Assembly (NCBI GenBank): GCA_036172245.1
Contig: JAYWIR010000026.1
Location: 2,418,001 to 2,482,000, forward strand
DNA length: 64,000 bases
Direction of reading: 5' to 3'
DNA from: Raillietiella orientalis
Lineage: Eukaryota
Shown: positions 25,017-37,800 of the stretch, in pieces
Layout of the letters: each line of letters begins with the position of its first letter
Position numbering within the stretch: the stretch's first letter is position 1
Notes under the pieces: model-generated
What the model was told of the DNA's origin: nothing
Databases searched by the model: none
What the model saw: only the letters and a program-made list of their open reading frames with translations
Program-made: the position numbers and the translations under genes

Positions 25017-28000
25017 TTAATCTTTATTATATTCCACACAACGTGAAGGATCTGTTGGAAAAAACTCTTGACATTTTGTCATCAGTCTTTTCAAGCCTTG
25101 AATAAACTTTCTTTGAGTTTCATCATTGAGAACATGTGCAACATTTTTTGAAAAAATTTTCTCTCTTCCTGTACGTGCATGAATTCCAACCATGGTGACA
25201 CCAATGGGCCAAGGTGCATTACCAATGGCCATTTGTAGATAGGCACAATTTGCCTGAACATAGTTACGATCTAGAAGATGCATAACAATGTCCCTTAAGC
25301 TATCCAAAATGTCAACAGCTAAGGTCTGCTTATGAAGTTTGGAAAACAAGGGTTTTAGGTAAGCTTGTGTCTGAGTATAGGTAGCTGAAGCTAGTTTTCC
25401 ACGCATGCTCATTTTCTCTTTCTCGTCACGAGCATTTAATTTTTGGCCCCACAACTTCAGTAAAAGCTTGAGAAGGATAGAATCAGTTAAATGCAATACA
25501 ACAGCTGAATCATACCATGAGGAAATCCAATATAACATTGCAATCCAACTCATCACTACCCCTTCCCATTTTTTTTGACATGGCCATAATCTCTTCCAAA
25601 GATACAACTGTATCTTGTACCTTTACATTATTATCCTTACTGGATTTATCTTCCCCAAACTGTGCTTTTAAAATTTCATTCAAATAAGCTTGATCTACTT
25701 GTTCCAAAGCAGCTTGAAAATCATTTCTGAGACCCTAAATAGAGTTTTTACAATATCAAATCATTTTACAAAAGCAAAATACTTGTTATGCATGAACATG
25801 CATTAAACAACAACAAAAAAAAATTCCTGTTCATGAATATTAATGTCTATGCTAATTAAATATATATTTACCCTGTTTATTTCTGGGGCAGAAATTTCTA
25901 AACAGCGAAGTCTTTTGAAAGCATCCAACTCCGATTCTCCAAAAAACAGGATGGGTTCACCTCGTTCTCTAAACCTACGAATGACTTCCTTCCTTGGTAA
26001 CACAGAGTCTTCATAGGCATTCATGACATTGACTGCAAACAAATGAGACTTCTAAAAAATCTGTGGCCCCAAATGAAGTGTTGGGATTTCATGTAAACGC
26101 AATACTGAAAATTTTGAACACACTAAAACTGAAGATGCACTTGATATATTAAGAACTGAAATCTGCTGTATCAGGAAACAAATATACCACCTGCTAAAAC
26201 ACTTGAAAACAAACACTTGTAGTAAATACTCATCCACATAAATCAGAAATACTTCATGAAAAAAATTAAAAAATGAAACAAAGTAAATCCTTCAATACCT
26301 GCGGAATTATTGTTTTCCAATATTTCTTCTTCTTCATTTTTGGTTTCACTCTCTTCCGAACAAGTTTTATAAAGGGTGCTTCTTTTAAAGTACTTTTTTC
26401 CATGCTAAATCCATAATGCAAAAGAACAAAAAGTTAACAAAAGTAGGAGACATTTACACAGACAACAGAAAAATAAAAACTCAAAATATACATGTTTCAA
26501 TATGTGCAAGAACTAAAATTCAAAGTGAATGCTTATGTATTGTCATACTGTATAAAAGGATGTTGGAGCACACATCACATGATCCACACATGAACAATAG
26601 TCTTCTTAGCTTGATCATATAAAATGCATTACACACATTTGGAGCAACATGCATTCTGTTTTTTAGCATGAATAGAAGCAAAGATCTTTCTGATACATTG
26701 TAAAAATTCAACATCAACTAGATAATCAAATCAAATCAAATCAAGTATCCAAAGTAACATGGTAAGAATTTCTTTACCAAGCATGCCTGACAGTTTTACA
26801 TTTGCTGAATGCAACCTGGCAACCATTTCCCTGCAATACACAAGGTAATGCATCATAGTGTGTGTTAAAACCTGACAGTGGTACATGATCTACACAAATT
26901 TCCTCCTAGTGGTCAAGGTTAGGTTTGGGCCAAGAAAACTGCTTAGCTGGGGGGCAACACCATATCTATGGAAACAAAGGGCTTGCAAGAAACATCGCCG
27001 GAACTCTTAAACTGGTAGAGAAATGATTATGGAAAGGTGAAGAATACGCGCATGGTAACTGTTCTCTTTCCCCTGTTGTTAACACACTTCTAAATAAAGC
27101 TATTCGTGTGAGCAGTAACGTTTCTACATTCCTCATTCTCAGAAAAGCTGTCGAGATAAGATGCAATCTCCAGCTTCGCGGGAAACTTTCACTCGACAAC
27201 GCGCATTTAACACATTGATGCCTTAACTACACATCATTTCATGACCTATGCAATCGTGTGCACTTGTTAAGCTTCGTGGTAGACCATCAACCACGTGCTG
27301 GAATAAACATCTCGAAACAGCCCAGAACTTGTTTCATCATTCGCGCCCGCCCCTTGCATTGATGCCCCGTTTGTGCAACCATCACGAAAATCACGATCTT
27401 TTAGCTGTGGTCTCCCTGTTTCATACATACCGAGACTTGGGCATCTTCCAACGCTTTCCTCTTTTTCAATAATTCCTGTTTCAATGCGTCCATCTCCGTG
27501 TCCTTTCATGAACTTTAGGAGGTCCTCGCACATATTGCTAGCATACATTCATTCAGTCTCAGGAGGGGCAGCATGTGGGGTGCCACCAACGCAGACACAC
27601 GCTGTCGATTAATTTCACGCTTATTATTTTCGGAATAATTCTAAATTGCAGACATTGTGTACAAACAATGGCAAGAAACGGTTTGCTTATTCTTAATAGG
27701 AGGCGAATGTAGCCAACGCAACATACCCTGGAAGCAGTGCATTATTTACTGGAATGTTGATGGTTCTGAATACAATAATCTTTTTATAAAAAAGGGATTT
27801 TGTATTGAGAATGCAAGAGCAAGCAAATCGATGCATATAATTATTTTCTCCGTATTTTGATAATCGAAACATTTCTTTTTTTTTCTTTATATTGTCATAA
27901 ATATTTAATTAATGCATATTGTTCGAACACTGAGAGAATGCGTTCATTGCTGTCTATTGACAATATCGAATAAACAGAGGATGCCCCAAGGTTTTGCTGA

Positions 28001-28921
28001 AATAAGTGATCATAATATGGGTTTCGTTCATAGCATTATTTAGTTTTATCAGATTCATTATTCGTCCTTGAGAAACGAATATCCCATCTATCAATTCATG
28101 TATTTGGTATTATGTTCCTTTCATTTCAGTTTTGCCAAGATGCTGGTTGTCAGTTATTTAAAACTGCTACACAATGAAATGTGTCGCTTTAATTGAAATA
28201 TTACAGCGTGGTTCAAATCGGCCATCATTTGATGAGTTAGATACCCGAATCAAATTTTTTTTTTTATGCACGTTTGAGGAATATGAGAGAATGCGTTTTT
28301 GTGTGCATTGTCAGTCTTTATTCTTAAATACATCATGATGTTTTTTTTTATATTGATTTTTCAGGTAATCAACTAAGTCTGGAGTGAATTTTTCATTTTT
28401 TTACTTTTGATTTGGATATATAACGAATACAATGCACGATGAGCTGATAAATCCTCGATTATATTATTCAACTTCTGGCACCAATACATTATCATCAGGA
28501 AAGTTCGAGGATCATGGTTTTCACTAGATTAAATTCAGGAGTCTTTTAGCAAGTTCAGTTATAGAAATCGTGCTAGGAAGTGCGATTTCCGTGCGTCACA
28601 AACTTCAATTAGTCTCTCAAGGAAATAGTGGTTGTGCTTAATTCGTCTGGAGGAGTGTGTGCCTTCCCTGCTCTTTTACATATTTGTTGTAACATGTAAT
28701 CATTTTTATGGAAAAAGCAAGTGAATGAAACGAAAACCACCATCAGAAAACAAATGGAATGAATGAGGATAAGTGCATAGAAAGCTTCATATCACTTTAA
28801 ATTTGTCCCAAGTTCGATTATTCACTAATGTAGTTACTCGTTCAGCATACGAGGTGTGCATGCGATTTGCAAAAATCACACTCACCAACAGGTAGTCTGT
28901 ATCTGCGTGTGAGCAATTCAT
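25017..28921 (-). CDS. PRPF18: Pre-mRNA splicing factor 18 (putative exon 28921-28886; exons 26404-26299, 26032-25872, 25734-25516, 25467-25017)
   Basis: KKYFKRS, PRP4-like motif [32 protein letters not shown], and Prp18 core [64 protein letters not shown]. The first exon is inferred only from an ATG plus a GTGAGT donor in phase 0. Confidence 0.95.
26980..27550 (-). mobile_element. hAT (ZNF862/Charlie-like) transposase fragment inside the putative first intron of PRPF18
   Basis: [10 protein letters not shown]...STWLMVYH resembles the hAT G.xDGAsvMxG...PwLxxxHC segment; interrupted by stops; more CpG-rich than its flanks. Confidence 0.4.
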
Positions 28922-29403
28922 TATATCGCAGCACGAGTGAAGGTTAGGTTCATCGTAGGTCCCTTGGCATCTTGCTTAAAACGTTTTTATTCATTTACTC
29001 TTGAGATGCTTGGTTTAAGCATTCATTCTCGTTGTGAGTGGTGGCCTGGTGGAAGCCCTTGTTTCGTCCGGGGAAGGCAAGAGTTTTGTTTAAGCAAGAA
29101 TGAAGTATTGAGCCTATTTTCTATACTATAAATCAATTTTTTTAATTGTATACGCGGATAATTTATTCAGTCAATTGTGACTAACAGTGAAAAAATAGCG
29201 CAACTGTTTTAGTGATGTAATTTCACGTTTACTAATAATTCGGTTGGCTCTGTTTTAGCTGCATAAGTGCAAAGGAAATAATTAGTTTGTTGTGTTCAGA
29301 ATAATTTCAATATGTGATCGTACACCGAGGTGTGAACTCTTTTGAACATTTTGAGTGCATTTATGAAATATGAGATTAATAACAATTGGATAGTTATTGC
29401 TGA

Positions 29404-32400
29404 ATGTCCGACCTGACAGGAAGTTCAAATGTTCTTTCAAAAGGAGTAAAGAGAAACATCTCAGTTGGTTGTTCAGCTTCGAAGTCTTGTAAGCGATTAA
29501 ATCCAAAAACTATTAATGAAATGGAAGTGACTCATGAAAATTCAAAAAAGACGAATTTTGCGTCTCACAATACACCAAATGGTGTTAAAACTGCATCTTT
29601 GTGTAATAGCAAATCCACAGGAACTGCTAAAAAGCTGTCGATTCGCAATTCAAAAGGTAATAAAATGTTTTGGTCTGGTTAATGCTTCCAAATAATAAAC
29701 AATAAGTTGCATGTATCAGATAGATTGGCACTGATTTGGACCTTATTATTGCTTGGCTTTAAAGCATGCAAATGCATTTTTCAAAGTTTGGTTCGGTACT
29801 TATCATTTCTCTATAATGTTTTTCAATTTAAGTCAACTTTTGAGTTTTCATGTTTATGAGGAAAATAATTTCCATAACTGGTTTACCATTTATAGATTTG
29901 ATTTGAATGAATTGTGTTTTGTATTTAGAATTAGAAAAAAAAAAATGTTGAACTGTAATAAGAAGTAGAAAGATGGAAATGTGTCCATGCCCAGAATAAT
30001 TGATTGATCTATTGTAATTATAATTGGAAAGGCCTTTTTTTCTCTTGAATTTGTTTTCTTATTTTCCCCACAACTTGAATTTTTCAAGCTGCTCTTTTCA
30101 TATGAAGTGTACATTTTAGGGAAACCTGTTTTACCAGAAGACTATCATGAAAAAGCTTGGAGCAAGCTCCAGGAAGCTGTCTTAGCTATTCAACTTGCTA
30201 AATCCGTGCCATACATTATGCAAAATTTGTATGAAGCAGTACAGAATCTTTGTGTTCATAAAATGGCTTCACAATTGTATAATAACCTGAAGGAATTAAT
30301 ACAAAATCATGTTAAGGAAAATTTGAAGCTTTTTTTGTCATATCCTTTTTTGCATTGAGCTTTTGATACAAGGTGGAAGTAGATAAAACATTTGCTTTTA
30401 TAATTTCATGTTTTGTTGTTAAAATTCTTAATTGTTGTTATAAAGTCGCATGATCACATCCAATTTTTGAAGCTAATGAATCAGACTTGGCAGTCTCACT
30501 GCAATCAGATGATCATGATTCGATCAATCTTCTTGTATTTAGATCGCACCTATGTTTTGCAAACTTGTGCCTTACCCTCAATCTGGTAATGTCATGTAAC
30601 AAGGGAATGCTTATTTCACGTGCTTTTATCAGGGACATGGGATTAGAGATGTTTCGAAAACACATCATTGCCCATCCTCCTGTTCAAAAACGAACTGTGG
30701 AAGGGCTTTTGAATATTATTGAAAGTGAACGTCGTGGAAACACTGTAGACCGCAGTCTGTTAAAGTCATTGTTACGTATGTTATCTGACTTACAGATGTA
30801 TCATGAAGTGTTTGAATCAAAGTAAGGAATTTAAAAAAAAAAAATGATTTGCTATTGTCCTCTTAGATTTCTGATTGCTACTGAGCAACTGTATGCTGCT
30901 GAGGGACAGAATTTGATGGAAGAATGCAATGTACCTGCATATTTGGCATATGTAGACAAGCGGTTGGCTGAAGAGCAAGACCGCTTACTCCATTATCTTG
31001 ATGCAAGCACCAAGTACGTTAACTCATTGATTCAGACTAGAAGATAATGAGTATGTTGACAGGCGACCACTTATACAGTGTGTGGAAAGGCAACTCATTA
31101 GTGAGCATCTAAATGCCATTTTGCAGAAAGGAATGGATAGTCTATTGGAAGAAAACAGAATTTCTGATTTGGCATTGATTTTCAATTTGTTTTCAAGAGT
31201 CCGTAATGGCCAACATGAATTATGTTGCAGTTTTGGGAGCTACATCAAAGTAAGCAATTTTTCCAGATGCTTGTAATTGGTTTGCTTAGAAAAAAGGACG
31301 CACTCTCATAGACCCAGAACGAGATCGAACTATGGTTCAAGACTTATTGGAGTTCAAAGATCGCATGGATCATGTTGTAGCTGTGTGTTTCAATTCTCAG
31401 GAAAAATTTGTAAACTCTGTGAAAGAAGCATTTGAAAAATTTATCAATGTGAGGGCAAATAAGCCTGCTGAATTGATTGGTAGGAAGTATTGCTTTAAAG
31501 AGCAGTCAACATCACTTTTTCATAGCCAAATTTGTTGATAGCAAGCTACGTTCTGGAAATAAAGAATCAACTGATGAAGAACTCGAACGTTTACTTGATA
31601 AGATTATGGTGCTGTTTCGTTTCATCCATGGAAAAGATATATTTGAAGCCTTTTATAAGAAGGTTAGTTGCCTAAAATTCAAATAGTCTGTGCATACAGT
31701 ATTTATTAGGATTTAGCTAAGAGACTCTTGGTTGGCAAAAGTGCTAGTGTGGATGCTGAAAAAAGCATGTTGAGTAAGTTGAAACAGGAATGTGGTGCAG
31801 GTTTCACCTACAAGCTAGAGGGTATGTTTAAAGACATGGAGCTAAGCAAAGATATTATGCTGGCTTTCAAACAAGTGAGGAACAATAGTGCTATTGATAG
31901 GTGTTTCATTATGTGTTTGTATCATTAGTACATGGGCAATCTGAAAGGACCCAACAACATTGACCTAATTGTGAATATTTTGACAATGGGCAACTGGCCC
32001 TCCTATCCACCGATGGAGGTCAACCTGCCACCAGATATGGTGCATTACCAGGAAATATTTAATAAATTCTATCTTGCAAAACACAGTGGTCGCAAGTTGC
32101 AGTGGCAGCCAACATTAGGACATTGTGTTCTCAAAGCAACATTCCCTAGCGTAAGACCCAGAGTTTAATGTTATGTTTTATTTTTGGTTTTAAAAGGGAA
32201 ACAAAGAATTGCAAGTTTCGTTATTTCAAGCATTGGTTTTACTCATGTTCAATGAACGTGACAGCTTCAGCTTGGAAGAATTGCGCCAGGGTACACATAT
32301 TGAGGTAAGAGTTTCGAGTTTTTTATTTCACTGTTTTGCATATTTTCATAATTTGCGGGGATCAGGATACCGAGTTAAAAAGAACACTGCAATCTTTGGC

Positions 32401-32831
32401 CTGTGGTAAAGCAAGAGTCATCCAGAAGGAACCACGTGGTAAAGAAATAGAAGACGGCGATCAGTTTGTATTCAATAAGGAGTTTAATAATAAATTGATT
32501 CGTATCAAGATCAATCAAATTCAGATGAAAGAGACCGTGAGTAGCTCATACGTAAATGTTTCTGTGCATATTTGTATTTCAGACCGAAGAAAATGAGAAT
32601 ACTCACGAAAGAGTGGTACAGGATCGCCAATATCAAATAGATGCCGCGATCGTGCGCATCATGAAAATGCGGAAAACATTATCCCATAATTTGCTTATCA
32701 GTGAACTCTATGAGCAATTGAAATTTCCCGTCAAACCATCCGATCTCAAAAAAAGAATTGAATCTCTTATAGATAGAGACTATATGGAAAGGGACAAAGA
32801 CAATCCAAACCTGTACAATTATGTGGCGTAA
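29404..32831 (+). CDS. CUL4: Cullin-4 (CUL4A/B orthologue), 13 exons
   Basis: [88 protein letters not shown], neddylation region [18 protein letters not shown], ending [10 protein letters not shown]. Exon 1 29404-29656, exon 2 30120-30339, exon 3 30442-30585; later introns short GT-AG. Confidence 0.98.
30340..30441 (+). other. U12-type intron in CUL4 with apparent AT-AT termini (102 nt)
   Basis: TC|ATATCCTTTT donor at 30340, TTCTTAAT at 30425-30432, then TGTTGTTAT|AAAG; removal gives [14 protein letters not shown], colinear with human CUL4A PFREDSLDSVLFLK. Confidence 0.88.
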
Positions 32832-32857
32832 AGGATTTCCTTGCATACTTATATAAT

Positions 32858-32871
32858 AATAAATAAATAAA
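32858..32871 (+). terminator. Overlapping AATAAA poly(A) signals just after the CUL4 stop
   Basis: AATAAATAAATAAA beginning 27 nt after the TAA. Confidence 0.65.
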
Positions 32872-32986
32872 TTCTTCAGAATACTTTTTATAAGGAGAAA
32901 GCATCGTAATCATAACGTTTTAGGCTAATGAGCCACTCTCGTCTTCACTCATTAAAGTCATTCCTGTTGACAGTCTACACGTAAAG

Positions 32987-33026
32987 ATATATACGTATAT
33001 ATAGATAGATATAGATATAGATATAT
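32987..33026. repeat. (AT)/(ATAG)-type microsatellite
   Basis: atatatacgtatatatagatagatatagatatagatatat seen directly. Confidence 0.8.
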
Positions 33027-34199
33027 CAACGTGTCAACGAGCACCCAGGAAGCCAGTGTGACAAAAAAATTAGAAAAAAAATACCATCTATTTCTTGCTT
33101 GCAATAAAGGAAAGCGAATTTTAATTATTGCTTACTTTCAAAGTTACTGAGGATGAGAACACATTGAACGCACTGTGTTTTCCTTTAAAGCAGACTGCTT
33201 TAAGTGTTTAGTGTTCCTGTGACGTATTATAAATCATATGAGTGTATTCCAAATGCTTAGCTTTTGCATTAAAATTCGAATCCATGATACTTGCCAGTCT
33301 AGTCCCGGCATCATGTATGAATGGTAAGTGAACTAACGTTTGTAGATTTCCGTAGGCGTTTCTAGATTCCACATGGTCAAGTTTCCCCCAAAGGTTTCCT
33401 CGTTAACAAAACGGATGAAAGCCTTGAATTATCGAAAGCTAAAGAAACCGTAGCATCTGTATATTGCAATCTATTTTTATGGTATTAAGATTAAGAAAGA
33501 AACTTAAATGCATATTAAAATATTGACAAAGGAGCAATGGAGTGCAAGTATATCTACGAGAGTCAAAAGCAGAACAAGATTGTGACCGTTATGATCTCAA
33601 TCCTACTATAATTCCTCCAATATTTGTACTTCATCGTGAGTACAAATATTAGAACACACTCAAATCTAAAGGCATACGATTCGGAATTTCGAAATATATA
33701 GCAACGGGATGGATACACATATTCAATACAAATTTCATGATTCTTAATTGTACAACAGATCATCAAGCAAGGGTTTCTACCTAGCATCATCTTGAGTCGC
33801 AGTGTCAACTTCGCAGGTTGATCACGCGGATATGCCGGGGCATTTATTATTAAGATGTTTACAACAAAATTTTATAATAAAGTCTTTAAATTATGTTCAG
33901 ACAGACCCCGTGGTTCTGCCTGTCTTGGGACACTTCCTGTTGCTGGCACGTAGGCCGGTGAGGTCCACTCTGTGGGCGATGGGGAGGGGAGAACCACAAA
34001 AAAAAAAAAAAGGAATTAAACACAAGAGGGGAGGGCAATGTTTCCCGGGAGGGGAGGGCTGGGAAGGGATCACCGGCCGCGCGAGTGGTCCTCTGTATCC
34101 TGTTGTGGATGCGGACAAGTGCTGGTCGCAAGGTCCTTAGCCAGGCCCACCGGGAAGCTTTCTCGATGTTGTCTCAGAACGAGGCCGGTGGTCAGTGCA

Positions 34200-37100
34200 A
34201 GCGAGATACCTTATGTTCTCAAGTATACATGCAGGGATGAAAACTGACTTCCCATCTTTGATGGCAACGTGACTTTGCATCCAACTTTGACGTCCATTTT
34301 GTACACGTGTGTCGTCGCGCATGTTTTTCCTTCTTGGAATGGAAAAAGGACGATGAGCGTTGCGTTTCCCTGGTACGTGTGCATTTCGTGTCGTACGTTC
34401 CGGTTCCGTTGCCAAGGTGAGCAACCATTGAGCTCCACGTTACCGACGAGATCGCAACCAGGCAGAGTTCCTGTAAGCCTGTCATCCGTGCTACGAATAC
34501 AAGGTGTAGCAGCCCCTGGAAGTCTCTTGGCAACCGCCGCTAGGAAAGCAACCCGGCAGACTCCAAGCCGCGGGCGGAACTCGAGGGCAGTTTCGCAGCA
34601 ATGGGATGCGATTTGCGAAAAACTCCACGACCAGGCTACCAAGAAAATTCCTTCCTGGGTCTTTCGTAGCTTTGAATTCAGTATCAGTGGACTTCGATTT
34701 GAAAGAAGCGAGGAACACGTCGTCATCTCTTGCTGATTTGCAGGGAGCGTCCCTTTGAGTTCAGCAATCAGCAATGCACGCGTTGCTTCCCAACTTGACT
34801 TCGAAGATGACTGTACCTTAAAGACGATTACAAGAACGCTGTGCGTGCAGCAGTATTGTGGTTCCCCGAATTTAAGACATGAATACAGGAATGCAAGAAA
34901 TCACTAGATCCCCTTCTAGGTGAGCCTCTCCTGTCGTGCGGCGCTACAACTCAGTAGATCCCACTTGCCCATGGTGATTTAGAAATTCAAGTTGTTATCC
35001 TGACACTGCAGATTCTTCTGGCTTGGAACATTTGGAAATATTTTACCCCCATGAGCTACTTGATTCCCATTTTTGAAGATTCGAATAAACCAAAGAAGCG
35101 TCTCGTTCTAAGATTGCATTTATGAAATGCAGCTTTCTGAAAAGAAATAAAGCTTTCATTAGTGAAAACAGCTGCCTACATGCTGTCCATTCGCGTCACC
35201 AGCAGAGTTTGCTTCCTTCTATCCGGAATTTTACAGTTGCCGTACTGCCACGATGCACTAATTTTCCTTTTGATTTGATCTCAAGATTGCAATATTGTTT
35301 ACTAACATTTCTGATTCGAAAGCTAAGGCAGAAAACCCTCTTAATTCCCTTTGAAATTAGCCCTCAGATTTGATTCCAGCAATTCGATGAGAATATAGTG
35401 GATATATCCCTTATTCGACGACGGCATCCTGGAAGACATAAGACATAGTGTATCTACAGAAGCAAACGATAAGTGCATATATCTATAGCAGGTGTGGGAA
35501 TCTCCCAGTGACGTTGTCCACTGGGAGATTTCCTGCTTCAAGCATGGTTTCCAAATATTGAGCCTGAATGACAAAAATAGCGTAGATGCCTCAAAGAAAG
35601 CAACCACTTTCAACGTCTGAAAGGAAGTCCCTAGAAGCTAGTTCGTCTTACTCATTTGGAAATCTCTTTGCAAGCTGGTTCCGCAAGGTGGATTAAACGT
35701 GCGAGAGAAGTGAAAAGAAGTCCACTGCTATATTCACAGAGAAGAAGGAGCAGAGGAGACCACCGGAGTAAACTGGTGCATGAGATGAGGGCGAGAGGAG
35801 AAATCTGCGAAGAACTGCGGTTTCAACAACTTGCCACTAAGCAAAAGGTTGAAAGTGAATGAAGACAGGAGCGTTCCGCTATACATATTCTCTGGAGCTG
35901 ACTTTTCCTTATTTATCAATACAATCATATCATTTGTTGACTCAAAGCAAGGTTGAAGAAGCCAAATAGAAGTGTTCAATATGCTTTTGGAAAACCTGAA
36001 GTGAAAAGTAAAGTGGTCAGATAGGGAACAGGGCCTGAAAAGCAGTGAGACGAGGAATGTAGCCAACAGTAACACTGAAATAAAGGGAAAAGTCAACGAA
36101 TACAAAAAATGGAACCTGACTGCTATGCCATCTTAGGGAAGGAGTGCGAAGACTTTAACCACATCTTGCATGAAGAGTAATGCTGAACAGGCATCCCCAA
36201 ATGATTCCCTTATTTTCAGTTGTTTTCCTGATTCAAATTGGTCCAAGGTATAATCCATCCGGAGAATGCTCCCATAGGGAAAAAAAGAAATCAGATGACT
36301 TATGTGCATCATAAGAGCTTCAATCATCAAGAACGTCTCACCAAGACTTTCTTCTCAGAAACTGATCATCTAGAGAGGAATTCAAATTCCAGGATCTTCT
36401 GCTGTGCATGCCTCTTGTTTAACATGACATGCTCTCATCGTTCTTTTTTGTTAACCATTTGCAGTTGCAGCTTTCAGGCAGAAACGGAGCAGCCATCAGG
36501 TAGGACTTTTGAGGTCTTTGCAGCATGCCGAAAGACGACCTCGAGATCACGAATCTGTGGTCCGTCGAAATACATTTCCGACTTCAAGGAAAGGTAAAAG
36601 GTTCAGGTTATTAATCGAATGAGATGATTGACAAGTAATCCGTCTGAGAAAAAATCAGGACCCGTTCCGTCAAGTGCGGGACTCCATCAAAACTGCCCAG
36701 TGTAGTTGTCTGGGTTCTCAGAAACTTTATCACCCGAAATCCTCAGAAACAGTGCTTCTAGAGTCCAAGACCATTCAGAAGGCTTGAGTGAACAACTGGC
36801 TCCAGTTTCAGGATGCTATCCTTTTCCAAAGCACACATCGAGAAGTTGCCCTTGGCTAAACTGCGCACTCAAAAAAGGTTACCTAACTCTGAACTCGACG
36901 GTACCTAGGTATTATTACTGAAATGGATGAAGGAGGTGAATGCTTTTCATTAGTTCGCATCAGAAATAAAATAGCAGCTCCTGGACCTAAGTAAAAGATC
37001 GTTCTATCACGCAGGCAATGAAGTTCGGTGTCTGCTCATGCCTTCTCATTTTCCAATGAATTCCTCGCCAATATGAGGACTTGCAAGGACTTTTCCTATT

Positions 37101-37800
37101 AGATTGCGATTTCGACCTCTGGGCAATAGACTGTGAAAATGAAACATCTGTCATCCCTAAAGCACTGAACTACATCTATTCAACACTATTTGAGGTACAT
37201 CTTGAACCATAGCTGGTCAACTGATCGAAACAATGGATTCTGGCCCCAAATGGAAGTGCAAAAGACGCAAGGCGGTCTCTCGCGCTAAGATAGGAATTCC
37301 GCCTCCAACTCTCTAATTGTTTCCTACTACTAATATGTTTGGAGTCACCAGATGTGTGTCTTTGGAATTACCCTAAGAGCTGGGGAAACATCCATTTCCA
37401 TGGACAGAGAGTGAGGGATTTTCAAGAAAATCAGCTTGCTTTGAATAACCGTGGAACTTACTACTTTTAAAATTATTTTTTTCGAAAACTGTTTGAATCA
37501 TCCTGATGAACTGATCAGCAGAGCGGGAAGTTTCTCAAGAAAAGCAATGGCTCTGCTTGTCAGAGAGTAATTGAACAAGATACCAACCTGATTTTCTAGG
37601 GAATTTACATAGATCTGAAAACGCAAAGGTTCATCGTTTTGCATGTCAAGTGACAGACCAATTCATCACCGAAAACAAAAATGTCTCTAAGAAAGTTAGC
37701 AATTGAAATTCTTTCCTAATTCATGGAAGTTAACCTCATATAGGTTAACCATGACCAAAGAGAATGTTACAGCATCTGGTGTGATGGGTGCTATTCCCAT
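34200..37800 (+). mobile_element. Degenerate BEL/Pao LTR retrotransposon (gag to RT/RNase H)
   Basis: Motif traces in the expected order: FPIFDGNVTLHPT (~LPTFDG gag), YVHHKSFN..RLTK (~YLPHHxV..TTK), FRPLG (~FDPLG), AKIGIPP (~AKSRVAP), NHPDELISRAG (~NPADxxSRG); riddled with stops and frameshifts. Confidence 0.45.
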
